64,000 nt of DNA from Giardia intestinalis (Eukaryota), in NCBI GenBank assembly GCA_000002435.2, contig CM018793.1; one strand, 5' to 3'. Every line of letters begins with the position of its first letter. Position 1 is the first letter of the stretch. Positions 36,214 to 46,160 of this stretch are shown here, one piece after another. The notes beneath the pieces were generated by a model. That model had not been told where the DNA came from. It did no database searches and saw only the letters and a program-made list of their open reading frames with translations. The translations under genes were made by a program, and so were the position numbers.

Positions 36214-39090
36214 CTAATAACTGATGTTTATAGCCGGGTTCTTTGCCCAGTACCAGATCTTCACCCGGTTACCTGAGCCAAGGGATCTCGAATTCGACCA
36301 TGTTAATCGTAGGTTAATGTACGAATCGCTAGTATAGTCCGACCACGAGACTATGATTGTGTCATATGTACTAACGCGACAATCATACGCCTGGATCGAG
36401 ACAATGTCGTCATTGGATCTGCTCTGCATGTCGCTCGGAAAGTCCGCGAGATTCAGTCGCATGAACCCGTTGCCGTCGGTCGTCTGACTCGGCACAAAGC
36501 TCTTCAGCAGACACGGCGTCTTGAGGGCGTTGCATATCCGCTCTGAGTAGCTGCACAGCGTCTCACAGTCAGTAATCCGGCTCAGCTGATTAGAGAGCTG
36601 AGAGGTGTTCTGAGCGATAGAAGCCAGAGCACCCGTGATCTTACCAGCTTGCTGACTGACGTTGTTCGAGATGACCTGCACCTGGTTGTAGAGCTGGTTA
36701 TAACAACTAATGTGCGAGTTCAGAGACGATTGGACACCGCTAATGCGATTCGTGTTCCCTAAGACAGAGTCCCAAATGCCGCGCTCATTCGACTCAAGCG
36801 CATTGATGCGAGTCTCCAGAGCAGGCACATTTCCAACATTGCCATCAAGACGAGTAAGGCTCTCTCGAATCTCGCTGATGCTCTGGTCGACTGCTGTCAT
36901 GTGGCGGTCATGTGCATCTAAGGCGTCCTGCGTAGAGTCTCTCAAGCTCTCTAGTCGACCGTTTATCTCTCTCGCTGAATTGTTAACTGCATCGATAGTA
37001 GTCGCGAACTCTGTCGTTGTCCTCTCTAACGAACCTATCTTCACCTCAGATGCTTCCACTGTCCTGCTCATCCGAGACAGCGATGAAGAGAAGGCTGCAT
37101 TGTCTGTCTCAAAGACGCCTACCTTTTCAGCGAGCCTTCGGATGATCTCGTCCTGTGCAGCAAGGCGTTCTTCAAAAGCGCTTGCCTTTGCGCGCTCCTC
37201 TTCTAACTGTCTCTCAAGAGAGTCGATACGCGCTGCCGTTAATTGAGCGCCCACCTTTGCCTCGACCTTCTGCTGGTCGATGAGCTCTCTGAGATAGTTG
37301 TACGCGCCCTCGAGGTCTCTCTTGATCGTCATAGCATCGATCAGACCTCCCTCGAAGTCGGGAACTGAGATGTCGTTCCGCTCAAAGAACTGTGCGACAA
37401 TGGTCATCAGAATCTCCATGCGGTTCCGGAACTCCATGAGACTGTCCTGGTTACCCTCGAGCACGCTCACGCGGTCCTTCGTTTCATCTAACTGAACGCG
37501 GTCATCGTCAGTGTGACTCGTCAAGTCCCGAATACGCTCTTCAGCTCGCTTTACTTCCAAATGGGTCAAGGTCATATCATCGTTTATGTGTGAGAACTCA
37601 TCCCAAATGAACTGGAAGCGTTTATAAAGATCATCAGTCAGAAACTTGTATATCTTGCCGAACTTATAGTCATGCTGGTCGAGGCGGTACTTCGCTTCCA
37701 CTGCATATGTAAGGGCTACCGCAGCGACGACGCCAAGACACGCGTCTATCACATATCCGGTAATCAAGTTAATCAGATTCAGCTTCCGGAAAAGACCGCC
37801 CCCTGCGGCGATAATAGTATCAAACTCGCCGAGCTTATCCTTCATCAGATCTTCCTTCGTGAACGTCTTCTTCTTGATGAGATCGATCTGGCCCTCGGCG
37901 CGCTTGATGCGAGCCTCTAGAGTCTTCCGCTGCTTCTCGAGACGGTTGATCTTTGAATCGGCTTTCATTGCGTGCTTAGCAAGATAACGCGTTTGATGTG
38001 AGATGCGTCCCTTGCTAAGCTTCTTGAGACTCTTAATGGCTGTAACGTTACCGCCGATCTTGTAGTACTTTCCGAGGTGCTTGCGAAGACCATTGTCCTC
38101 GTCGCCGTCCTCATCGAAGCCCTGAAGCTGTCGATAGAGCCACATTGTCTGCTGGTTGAGCGAGGCGGCCATGAAGTCTGCACGAGACACGCGACCATCG
38201 GGAGAGAGCTTCTGATTGCTGCGACCAGCAAGCGACCCGCCGACCATCTGATAGATATACTGGATCTGCTCGATGACCGGTTGGCTCTTCAAATCGTCTT
38301 CGCTAATAGCGCCCGTCACGCCCTTGATGGAGATATCAGCATCTCTTGCAGCTCGCAGCCCAAACGTCTCAGGCTTCTTTATCTTACGTGGCTTCTTCGG
38401 CTCCTTTGGCTTCCTCTCCTTCTTGAGCTTCTTCTTCTTATCTGTAAGCGGCAGAAGGTCCTCCCGAAAAGCATAGTTGCCCCTTACCATCCACGTGACA
38501 GCAAGGATCTTCTGAACAATCGTCAGGTCGCGCAAATAGTCGAGCTTGTTCGGCGCATTCATATAGTCCTCCGGCTGGAAGTTGTTGTTGAAGCCGACCA
38601 TTGGGACCGACTTGACCTTCGGCTTCGAGAGAGTCTGCCCGGTTAGAGACATCGTATAGAGATCCGCAGGCACAGTCTTGAAGCCCAGTATCTCCTCCAT
38701 GAACTTCACTAGAAACGCTAGACACGGACCCTTCACCGGAGACTCTCCGTCGAAGGCATTGCCGTTCCAGTTCTTGATTTCATAGTTCTCATGATTACAA
38801 TAGTACTTGATGCACTTCTTTCGCTGAGCGGGGTCAAGAAGCTGCACGGCGCAGTGTATTGTCTTCCCGCCAAAGTACCCCGATATGCAGTGAGTCTTGC
38901 TGAGATTCAGGTTAGACCCAAACAGAGCTTTGCGTTCGTCAGGCACTAAGGCACACTGCATCACGTAGTCTTTGATGAGGTTATAATGATACGATGAGAG
39001 TGCGCTGACCTTATCTGCGAACGACTGCATCGACTCTGTCGTCATGAAGACGCCGTCGAGCTGCTCCCTGCGGATGATGAGGTTGTTCAT
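36214..39090 (-). CDS. Large coiled-coil protein (958 aa), possible fiber/attachment protein, element B
   Basis: Paralogue of 16544-19561; MNNLIIRREQLDG; basic KKKKLKKERKPKEPKKPRKIKK tract; long heptad region; C-terminal WYWAKNP domain. Confidence 0.55.
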   Translation of the reverse strand: MNNLIIRREQLDGVFMTTESMQSFADKVSALSSYHYNLIKDYVMQCALVPDERKALFGSNLNLSKTHCISGYFGGKTIHCAVQLLDPAQRKKCIKYYCNHENYEIKNWNGNAFDGESPVKGPCLAFLVKFMEEILGFKTVPADLYTMSLTGQTLSKPKVKSVPMVGFNNNFQPEDYMNAPNKLDYLRDLTIVQKILAVTWMVRGNYAFREDLLPLTDKKKKLKKERKPKEPKKPRKIKKPETFGLRAARDADISIKGVTGAISEDDLKSQPVIEQIQYIYQMVGGSLAGRSNQKLSPDGRVSRADFMAASLNQQTMWLYRQLQGFDEDGDEDNGLRKHLGKYYKIGGNVTAIKSLKKLSKGRISHQTRYLAKHAMKADSKINRLEKQRKTLEARIKRAEGQIDLIKKKTFTKEDLMKDKLGEFDTIIAAGGGLFRKLNLINLITGYVIDACLGVVAAVALTYAVEAKYRLDQHDYKFGKIYKFLTDDLYKRFQFIWDEFSHINDDMTLTHLEVKRAEERIRDLTSHTDDDRVQLDETKDRVSVLEGNQDSLMEFRNRMEILMTIVAQFFERNDISVPDFEGGLIDAMTIKRDLEGAYNYLRELIDQQKVEAKVGAQLTAARIDSLERQLEEERAKASAFEERLAAQDEIIRRLAEKVGVFETDNAAFSSSLSRMSRTVEASEVKIGSLERTTTEFATTIDAVNNSAREINGRLESLRDSTQDALDAHDRHMTAVDQSISEIRESLTRLDGNVGNVPALETRINALESNERGIWDSVLGNTNRISGVQSSLNSHISCYNQLYNQVQVISNNVSQQAGKITGALASIAQNTSQLSNQLSRITDCETLCSYSERICNALKTPCLLKSFVPSQTTDGNGFMRLNLADFPSDMQSRSNDDIVSIQAYDCRVSTYDTIIVSWSDYTSDSYINLRLTWSNSRSLGSGNRVKIWYWAKNPAINISY

Positions 39091-39159
39091 TATTTATTTT
39101 CCCCACTCACACCAACCATTTGAAAGTGGAATCTGTTCTGAGAAAATAAAATGACGTAA

Positions 39160-42100
39160 ATGGCAACCACTAGGGAACTCCTGACCATGCATCCCCAGCA
39201 GATGTCCGAGGACCAGCTCGCCCAGCTCAAGACGTCGCTCGAGACGCTCAACTACACCCAGCTCCGACAATACGTGCTCGGCCGCGTCAAGCCCCTCATC
39301 GAGAACGTCCGCAAGCACATCCAGGAGGACCCCGTCGGCTCGGTAGATCAAGTCCTCGACTTCCAGGACGGCTTCTGGTCCAAGGACCTGATCCAGCGCG
39401 TCCGCTGGAACCTCGCCCAGTTCAGGGTAAACGAGAAGAACCCCCGCAGAGTGCCGACCAGCAGAGCGAAGGAGGCGCTGGAGCTGAACTACATGACCGA
39501 CTACTCCTTCCGGCGCATCGTCTACCCGATCGTCGCAGACCTCGCCAAGGCTCTTTATCTCCGCGCAGAGGAAGCTAACCGCCGCAACACCGACGCTTCG
39601 GTGCGCTATGTCCCGCTTCTTGTCATGTTCAACCAGCAGAACACGTTCGGCTATCCGCCCCGCGTCGCCTTCCTCGTGACGCCTGCCGTCATCACGTTCC
39701 TCCGCGGATGGAAGGTCTTCGCCGACGGAGACGACGCCCACCAGCACTACCTCAACGCGGTCACGAGGGACGCGGCGCAGATCCACGGCGTCCAGTCCGC
39801 AGAGCCTGGCGAGATGCTCTACTGCTTCAACTGGGACCCCATTTTCGCCGGCACAGAGAGCGACCCCGAGAACCCCCGCAACGCCATGTTCTCCTTCGGG
39901 ACGATGTACGAGCCCGTCTTCATCTTCCAGATCCAGATCATCCGCACCAGAGAGGGCCAGCGGAAGCTCATCCACCGCAGGGGAGGTATGGCGCCCTTCA
40001 CGAACGACTCGTTCTTCGACCTCACGCGCTACCAGATCGAGAAGACAGGCGAGGGCTTCAAGAACAGCAAGGACACGTGTTTCCTCTACGCCCTCAAGCA
40101 GAGCGGCGTGCTGAGCGACGACGAGATACGGGCCGCCGCCTTCCACATCAACCAGGCCTCTGTCACCTTCGCGATGATCGACGCCATCGGCAAGCAGCTC
40201 TTCGTCTGCTTCCACATGCACATGGCAGACAGGGTCGTCCTCAAGGGCGCGCAGAAGAACCGCAAGGTTCCGCCGGGCGTCGCGATCCGGAACATCCACC
40301 TGGGCTTCGACTTCAACCACTACTACATCTTCGACGAGAAGCTCCCCTACAGCAAGACGTACGTGAACAACGCAGCCGTCATGATGGAGCACCACACATA
40401 CCCCGCGAACACGAACCTGCGCGAGGTCAACGTCAGAGACACCTTCCACCCGCAGACCAGGGAGCCGACGAAGAAGGTCGTCTTCGGCTACCACCGCGAC
40501 GACGACCCCCATACATGCTCGAGTCGGGACCTCATCCTCTCGCTCCACAAGCAGGGCCTCCTCAAGCCCATCCGCTCCGACAGCCTGCTGGCCATCAAGG
40601 AGTCCTTCATCCGCGAAGAGCACTACGAGGAGGACGCGCTCAACTACTGCGAGGACCAGCTGAAGGAGATCACGCCGAAGAAGAAGACCCAGTCGCCCAA
40701 GGACGTCTGGTTCGCAGACTTCGAGACGACGACCGACGGGGACCAGCACCACCCGTTCCTCCTCTGCTTCCACGGGATCAACAACGTCACGGGGACGTAC
40801 TGGGCGAAGGACTACAACAGCATCGGGGACATGGTCCGAGCGGCCTTCAACCGCCTCGCGATGCTCAACCGGCCCCAGCTGGTGTACTTCCACAACCTCA
40901 ACTACGACGGGGCCTTCGTCCTCCCGTACTTCGACGTCAAGAAGGACAGCATCGTCACCCTCGGGGCGAGCAAGATCATCGCGTTCACGATCCATGTCCG
41001 GCTGAGCGACGACCGGAAGAACAAGCCGATCCCGATCCACTTCCGGGACTCCTACGCCCTGATCACGGCTCCCCTCAGCAAGTTCGGCAAGATGTTCAAC
41101 CTCAACGTGCACAAGGAGGTCCTCCCGTACTCGTTCTACACCCAGGACAACGTCAAGAAGCTGTGCCAGGGCTTCAAGCCGACGCTCGAGGAGTACCTCT
41201 CGTACGAGATCGAGAGCAGGAGGGAGGAGCTCGAGCAGCTGCTCCGTACGCTGCCGGAGATGCTGGTAATAGACAGGGTCGACGCCTTCAAGTACGCCCA
41301 CTACTACTGCGCAAGAGACTGCCACGTGCTCAAGGACGGGGTGATGGGCTTCAGACGCCAGCTCCTCGAGGTCACGGGCATCGACGCCTTCACATCCATG
41401 ACGCTCCCGAGCATTGCCTACAACTTCCTCATCAACGAGAAGTGCTTCGAGGGCTGCTTCAACCTCAACACGGCGCCGCTCCTCTTCGTACGCCAGTGCG
41501 TGACGGGCGGGCGCTGCATGCTCCGGTGCAACGAGAAGCAGTACGTCGAGGGCGAGGTCATGGACTTCGACGCCGTCTCGCTGTATCCGTCTGCCATGGC
41601 GCGCCTCCACACCCTCATGGGCCACCCGAAGATCGTCGACCCCGAGAAGCACGACCTCGGCTGGCTCCTCCGGCAGGACGGCTGCTTCCTCGAGATCGAC
41701 ATCGAGGTCGTCCCGAAGCAGCTCGACTTCCCCCTCATCAACAGGCAGACGGAGAAGGGGAGGCACTTCTCGAACGAGCCGGGCCCGATGTTCGCCGACA
41801 ACATCACGATCGAGGACATCATCGAGTACCACAAGGTCCCGATGAACCGGATCAGGGTCCTCCGGGGCTACTACTACGACGAGGGCAAGAACACGAACAT
41901 CCAGGCCGTCATCCGGAAGATCTTCGAAGCGCGGCTCAAGTTCAAGGCGGAGGGCAACCCGCTCGAGAGCATCTACAAGCTCATCATGAACAGCTGCTAC
42001 GGGAAGAGCATCCTCAAGCCCGTCTACAAGCGGATGAACACGGTCGACCACGCGGGCCTTGAGAGAGAGCTCCTCGACAACTCGGCCGATGTCCTCTGCT

Positions 42101-42756
42101 GGGAGCCGCTCTACGACGGCGGCCGCTTCCTCCTCAAGCAGAGCAAGCCCCTTCTGGAGGCGAACAGCTTCCCGACGTTCGGGGTCCAGGTGCTCTCGAT
42201 GAGCAAGCGCATCATGACGGAGGTGATGGCGACGGCCCAGGACCACGGGCTCCCGATCTACTACACAGACACGGACAGCATCCACATCGACAAGGCGTCC
42301 ATCGAGCCCCTCCGGAACTACTTCCACGCGCGCTTCCAGCGGGAGCTCATCGGGAAGAACCTCGGCCAGTTCCACTCAGACTTCCCCGACAGCCCCTCCG
42401 GGGAGATGTTCGTCAGCCGCTACTTCATCGGCGTCGGCAAGAAGGCATACCTCGACATCCTCCAGGACAGCCAGAACAACATGAGCTACCACGCGCGCCT
42501 CAAGGGCATCCCCGAGCAGGCGATCCTCAACGAGGCCCGGCAGCGCTGCTCCCACAACTTCCTCGGCGGGCTCTACAACCTCTACGCGGACCTCTACAAC
42601 GGCGTGCCCCAGACCTTCAACCTCATCTACGACGGCGCGGTGCGCTTCGTGCGAGACGCCAGCCTCGCCTACCGCTGCAGGGACGACTTCAAGCGGAGAG
42701 TCATCTTCGAGAGGGAGCCCGATGAGCCCCTGAACATATCAAAGCTGATGCAGTAA
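39160..42756 (+). CDS. Protein-primed family B DNA polymerase (pPolB), 1198 aa, with ~520 aa N-terminal extension (putative terminal-protein region)
   Basis: Exo I FADFETTT; Exo II YFHNLNYDGAFVL (phi29 YFHNLKFDGAFII); Exo III YAHYYCARDCHVL; motif A FDAVSLYPSAM (phi29 DVNSLYPAQM); motif B KLIMNSCYGKS (KLMLNSLYGKF); motif C YYTDTDSIH (YCDTDSIH). Confidence 0.9.
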   Translation: MATTRELLTMHPQQMSEDQLAQLKTSLETLNYTQLRQYVLGRVKPLIENVRKHIQEDPVGSVDQVLDFQDGFWSKDLIQRVRWNLAQFRVNEKNPRRVPTSRAKEALELNYMTDYSFRRIVYPIVADLAKALYLRAEEANRRNTDASVRYVPLLVMFNQQNTFGYPPRVAFLVTPAVITFLRGWKVFADGDDAHQHYLNAVTRDAAQIHGVQSAEPGEMLYCFNWDPIFAGTESDPENPRNAMFSFGTMYEPVFIFQIQIIRTREGQRKLIHRRGGMAPFTNDSFFDLTRYQIEKTGEGFKNSKDTCFLYALKQSGVLSDDEIRAAAFHINQASVTFAMIDAIGKQLFVCFHMHMADRVVLKGAQKNRKVPPGVAIRNIHLGFDFNHYYIFDEKLPYSKTYVNNAAVMMEHHTYPANTNLREVNVRDTFHPQTREPTKKVVFGYHRDDDPHTCSSRDLILSLHKQGLLKPIRSDSLLAIKESFIREEHYEEDALNYCEDQLKEITPKKKTQSPKDVWFADFETTTDGDQHHPFLLCFHGINNVTGTYWAKDYNSIGDMVRAAFNRLAMLNRPQLVYFHNLNYDGAFVLPYFDVKKDSIVTLGASKIIAFTIHVRLSDDRKNKPIPIHFRDSYALITAPLSKFGKMFNLNVHKEVLPYSFYTQDNVKKLCQGFKPTLEEYLSYEIESRREELEQLLRTLPEMLVIDRVDAFKYAHYYCARDCHVLKDGVMGFRRQLLEVTGIDAFTSMTLPSIAYNFLINEKCFEGCFNLNTAPLLFVRQCVTGGRCMLRCNEKQYVEGEVMDFDAVSLYPSAMARLHTLMGHPKIVDPEKHDLGWLLRQDGCFLEIDIEVVPKQLDFPLINRQTEKGRHFSNEPGPMFADNITIEDIIEYHKVPMNRIRVLRGYYYDEGKNTNIQAVIRKIFEARLKFKAEGNPLESIYKLIMNSCYGKSILKPVYKRMNTVDHAGLERELLDNSADVLCWEPLYDGGRFLLKQSKPLLEANSFPTFGVQVLSMSKRIMTEVMATAQDHGLPIYYTDTDSIHIDKASIEPLRNYFHARFQRELIGKNLGQFHSDFPDSPSGEMFVSRYFIGVGKKAYLDILQDSQNNMSYHARLKGIPEQAILNEARQRCSHNFLGGLYNLYADLYNGVPQTFNLIYDGAVRFVRDASLAYRCRDDFKRRVIFEREPDEPLNISKLMQ

Positions 42757-42762
42757 ATTTAC

Positions 42763-43794
42763 TTAGCGCTCCATAATCTCCTTGAACCTCCCAAAGGTTA
42801 GAGGCTCAGCATTGAAGAACTTCTTCTTCCTTGCCCACGCAGAGAGACGATCGAAGAAAGCCTCAGACGATATCTGCTTGTCCCCAATGGTAAAGCTGTA
42901 ACGACGATCATGATACTCATCAATATCGAACCAGGCGTCTGTGATCGCAAACTGACGCGTAACAGCAGCTGCCTTTATCAAACAGTACTGGCCACCGCTC
43001 CATATGGTTCCCACATGACCCGGCTCTATCGCGACAACTGGGTTGTAAATGCCCTTATGCTCGAGGAGGAACTCGTTCGTCTGCCTGATCGTGTCAAGCG
43101 CATCGACCTCGCACAGACGATGAGGATCATCCGAGGCCCTGTCCTTGATGTGGTCCTCACAGACAGCCGGGTCGATAGCGAAGCGCACATGGAAGGCCGG
43201 AAGGATGCCTGCGCGGAGCATGTAGTGGTCGATCAGGTAGTGGAGGTACTGGCCTTGCTCCTTCGTGATGTAGCCGTCACTCATCTTGAAGAGGATGAAC
43301 GCGCTAGTAGACGGCAGCCAGCGGTCGAAGATGATGAAGTCGTACTGCTGATACTCTTCGGCAAAACGGCAATGAAGAAGCTGCTTCCCCAGTGCATGGA
43401 CCACCTGCTCCTGGAACTGGAAAGCAAGCTCCCTGGGGTTCTTGTAGTACTCCTCGAGGGTGATGCCTCCGTTCTGTCCAAAGTGGTTGTCTGCCACGGC
43501 CTCCTCGATGATGGTAGCTTCGAAGCCTTGGTCGATCAGGTACTTCTTGAGATGCTTGCAGAAGGTGGACTTGCCTGCGCCGATGGGACCGTCAACAACG
43601 ATGATGCGAGGATCAATGACAACAGGCGGCACAACTCTCGAACTGAAATCGCTGAGCTTCCATACGAGGTTATCGTCCATGTTGATCCCGATGTCAACTG
43701 ACTCCAGAAAGTCTTCGACTGGCCAGTGTGATGATTTACTATCGATGAGGCCTGGCTCAGCTGGCTGGTTCTGGGGCTCGTAGTACTGGCTCAT
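42763..43794 (-). CDS. P-loop nucleoside/nucleotide kinase (thymidylate kinase / deoxynucleoside kinase family)
   Basis: IVVDGPIGAGKSTF P-loop and FDRWLPSTSAF (DRY/ERS-type motif, DRYxxSxxAY); ORF trimmed to MSQYYEPQ, whose ATG abuts GGGAAAATAAAATG. Confidence 0.55.
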   Translation of the reverse strand: MSQYYEPQNQPAEPGLIDSKSSHWPVEDFLESVDIGINMDDNLVWKLSDFSSRVVPPVVIDPRIIVVDGPIGAGKSTFCKHLKKYLIDQGFEATIIEEAVADNHFGQNGGITLEEYYKNPRELAFQFQEQVVHALGKQLLHCRFAEEYQQYDFIIFDRWLPSTSAFILFKMSDGYITKEQGQYLHYLIDHYMLRAGILPAFHVRFAIDPAVCEDHIKDRASDDPHRLCEVDALDTIRQTNEFLLEHKGIYNPVVAIEPGHVGTIWSGGQYCLIKAAAVTRQFAITDAWFDIDEYHDRRYSFTIGDKQISSEAFFDRLSAWARKKKFFNAEPLTFGRFKEIMER

Positions 43795-43867
43795 TTTATT
43801 TTCCCAGTAGTGCACGTCTCAAGAGCCAAACCATTTTAAAGTGAATTCTCCCCACGGAAATAAAAGT

Positions 43868-44122
43868 ATGGCTGGCCACCTTCTCAACAGCAACGGGACC
43901 GCGAAGAACGAGAACAAGCTCTACACCCAGAAGCCGACGCCCTTCTACGACGCGGGCACGGTGCCGGTCCGTCTGTCCTCGGTACCCTTCGAGAGCCGCA
44001 ACGAGCCGATCCGCGTCCAGATCGACGAGCCGCCCAAGCAGCGCCCGCGAGCTGGTCTAGTGCGCACCCGCAAGAGGATGATCCCGAGGAACCGCTGGAA
44101 GAGGAACGGGAACAAGCAGTAA
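43868..44122 (+). CDS. Small protein with Arg/Lys-rich C-terminus (84 aa); candidate DNA-binding/core protein
   Basis: MAGHLLNS...LVRTRKRMIPRNRWKRNGNKQ; start abuts GAAATAAAAGTATG; orthologue at 50366-50617. Confidence 0.45.
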   Translation: MAGHLLNSNGTAKNENKLYTQKPTPFYDAGTVPVRLSSVPFESRNEPIRVQIDEPPKQRPRAGLVRTRKRMIPRNRWKRNGNKQ

Positions 44123-44126
44123 ACGT

Positions 44127-44723
44127 TTACTTCGAGATCTCCTCGAGGAAGCGGTTGAAGGTGTTCGTCTCGGTGGAGGCGTTGAGGAAGCGCTGGATGC
44201 CGTCAGCCCACGCCTGGGCGCTCTCGTCGCTGATGCTGAGACAGGTGGCTGTGTACGTGCGCTTGTTCTTGGGAAGCCTCGAGAGCCTCACGAACTCGTC
44301 TCCGGTCTCCTCGTAGAGATAGAAGGCAGAGCGTGCTCCATCAGAAGCGCGTCTGCAGAAAGCGGTGTAGTGAGGGGCTTGCACGAACTCGTCCTCGGGT
44401 CGCTTGACGAAGCGGAAGACGACGCCCTGCTGGTTGAGCCACTTGCAGAACCAGGAGGTGACTCGCTGATAGTCCTCAGTACCCTCAGCGCACTCTGCGG
44501 TGACTCGACCGAGCAGTCTTCCGACCTGGCCGCAAAAGGACTTAAACGCGGGACTGGACGGGGCGGGAGGATTTGCCACTGGCAGAACGGGCTCGGCGTC
44601 GGCGGTCTGTCGCTGTCGGGTTCTAGAGGCAGACTTCCTATGAGTGGGCTCTCTGGAGGAAGGAATGACATCTTGAAGGAAGGGGTCCTCGGCGAAGTGC
44701 TCTGGTATGAATCCATCTGCCAT
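44127..44723 (-). CDS. Hypothetical protein (198 aa), conserved in A and B
   Basis: Start abuts GGAAAATAAAATAAGCATG; conserved core FKSFCGQVGRLLGR.TA.CAEGTEDY.RVT.WFC.WLNQ.GV.FRFVKRPEDEFV.APHYTAFCRRASDG.RSAFYL.EETG.E.VRLSRLPK. Confidence 0.5.
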   Translation of the reverse strand: MADGFIPEHFAEDPFLQDVIPSSREPTHRKSASRTRQRQTADAEPVLPVANPPAPSSPAFKSFCGQVGRLLGRVTAECAEGTEDYQRVTSWFCKWLNQQGVVFRFVKRPEDEFVQAPHYTAFCRRASDGARSAFYLYEETGDEFVRLSRLPKNKRTYTATCLSISDESAQAWADGIQRFLNASTETNTFNRFLEEISK

Positions 44724-44839
44724 GCTTATTTTATTTTCCTGGGAGCCCTGTAACCAGATCAGATCAGAATTGATTCCTGATCAATTCGGACGAAGCGACG
44801 ACTCCAGAAAAAAAAATAACGCTGACGTGAATTCGATGT

Positions 44840-45679
44840 TTACTTTGCAAACAGCTTTACGATGTCTTCCTTGTCTCCGGCAATGGCCAACGCAAAAACC
44901 CTACCATTATTGATGTCCTTCTCCTTATCTGCCAACAAAGCAGCACAAGCAGCATGGCCATTTCTCACAGCCCACTCGAAAGCAGTACCACGGGCGTTAT
45001 TGCATAACCTGGCCTCCTTATCTAACAACAGCTTGACGATGTCTGCGTAACCACAGGATGCTGCTAGCATGAGAGCGGTCCAGCCGTCGTTATCCTTCAT
45101 GCCTGCCTCCTTCTCCGCTAATAGGTTAGCGCACTTAGTGTGACCCTTACACGCAGCCCACATGAGAGCAGTCCTACCATCTTTATTCTTCATGCCGGCC
45201 TCCTTCTCTAACAACAGCTTAACGCTGTATGCGGAATCCTTGGATGCTGCTATTATGAGAGCCGACCCGCAGCATCTCGCACATATACCGGCCTCCTTCT
45301 TCACTAGCAGGTCAACGCACTTAAAATTAAACTTACTCACAGCCCACATGAGGGCGGTCCTACCGATGACATCCTTCATACCAGCCTCCTTCTCTAACAG
45401 CAGCTTAACGCAGTCTGTATAGCCTTCGGATGCTGCTATCATGAGAGCCGTCAAGCCGTGTCCATCACTCATACCAGCCTCCTTCTCCACTAGCAGGTTA
45501 GCGCAGTTAGTATGACCCTCCCTCGCAGCCCACATGAGGGCAGTCCAGCTGTTGAAATCCCTCAGGCCAGCCTCCTTGTCTACTAGTTCCCTGACGACAT
45601 CGATGTTACCTTGCGCTGCTGCTTCTATGAGATCCCTAAAACCATATCCTGGCGACTTGTATTCTCGATAAGCCTTCAT
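44840..45679 (-). CDS. Ankyrin-repeat protein (8-9 ANK repeats), last gene of element B
   Basis: Repeated G.TALM.AA..GH...V.LLLEKEAG..D units; start codon sits exactly at the inner end of the right TIR (GGAGGAAAATAAAATATG). Confidence 0.8.
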   Translation of the reverse strand: MKAYREYKSPGYGFRDLIEAAAQGNIDVVRELVDKEAGLRDFNSWTALMWAAREGHTNCANLLVEKEAGMSDGHGLTALMIAASEGYTDCVKLLLEKEAGMKDVIGRTALMWAVSKFNFKCVDLLVKKEAGICARCCGSALIIAASKDSAYSVKLLLEKEAGMKNKDGRTALMWAACKGHTKCANLLAEKEAGMKDNDGWTALMLAASCGYADIVKLLLDKEARLCNNARGTAFEWAVRNGHAACAALLADKEKDINNGRVFALAIAGDKEDIVKLFAK

Positions 45680-46160
45680 ATTTTATTTTCCTCCCCGCCC
45701 TGAATCAATTAATCAGATCAGAATCAATTCGTCAGAATGGTTTGCACTTCCTGACTGCCGCCTCCCAGAAAAAAAAAATAACGCTGGCCTGCTTTCTGCT
45801 TTCGGGCTGTCTGTATGTCGCACTTCGGTGTCGTGCGGGCCCGGGGGCAGGGAGCAGACCAGGCTGGCCGGCAGCTGAACCGGGCGCGAACGCATCACAC
45901 ACATCCAAGGACAACGCGGTCTCCTCCCGGCGTGCACGGCACCACGCTGGGCGGTTCCGGGGGGAGGCCGCGATTTTTTTTGAAAATTTACAGGTTTTTT
46001 ATTCTGTTGAAAAGTAGGTAAACGAGCGCCAGCGTGTGGGAGCCTAGTGGGCGGACCGGCACACGCAGACGCACTTGTGGGGGACGCTTTCGTTTTTTTG
46101 GGCCCAGCCCCGTGCAGGCCCAAAAAAACGAAAGTGGGCACCACAAGGATATATACTACT
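45680..46160. repeat. Element B right terminal inverted repeat
   Basis: Exact reverse complement of 20146-20627; ends ...CACCACAAGGATATATACTACT then TSD. Confidence 0.85.

Larger units (their letters stand above)
20146..46160. mobile_element. Element B: intact 26.0 kb Polinton/Maverick-like integrated virus element (pPolB + rve-like integrase + packaging ATPase + 482 bp perfect TIRs + 6 bp TSD)
   Basis: Termini 5'-AGTAGTATATATCC...GGATATATACTACT-3' are exact reverse complements for ~482 bp; flanked by GACGCC direct repeats; gene content as listed. Confidence 0.8.

Noticed and set aside
39094-42375. 1093 aa antisense ORF and 784 aa alternate-frame ORF (39708-42062) overlapping the pPolB gene
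   Set aside because: Arg/Gly/Pro/Ala/Val-rich translations typical of off-frame reading of GC-rich coding DNA. The + strand frame at 39160 carries every pPolB motif, so the others are spurious.
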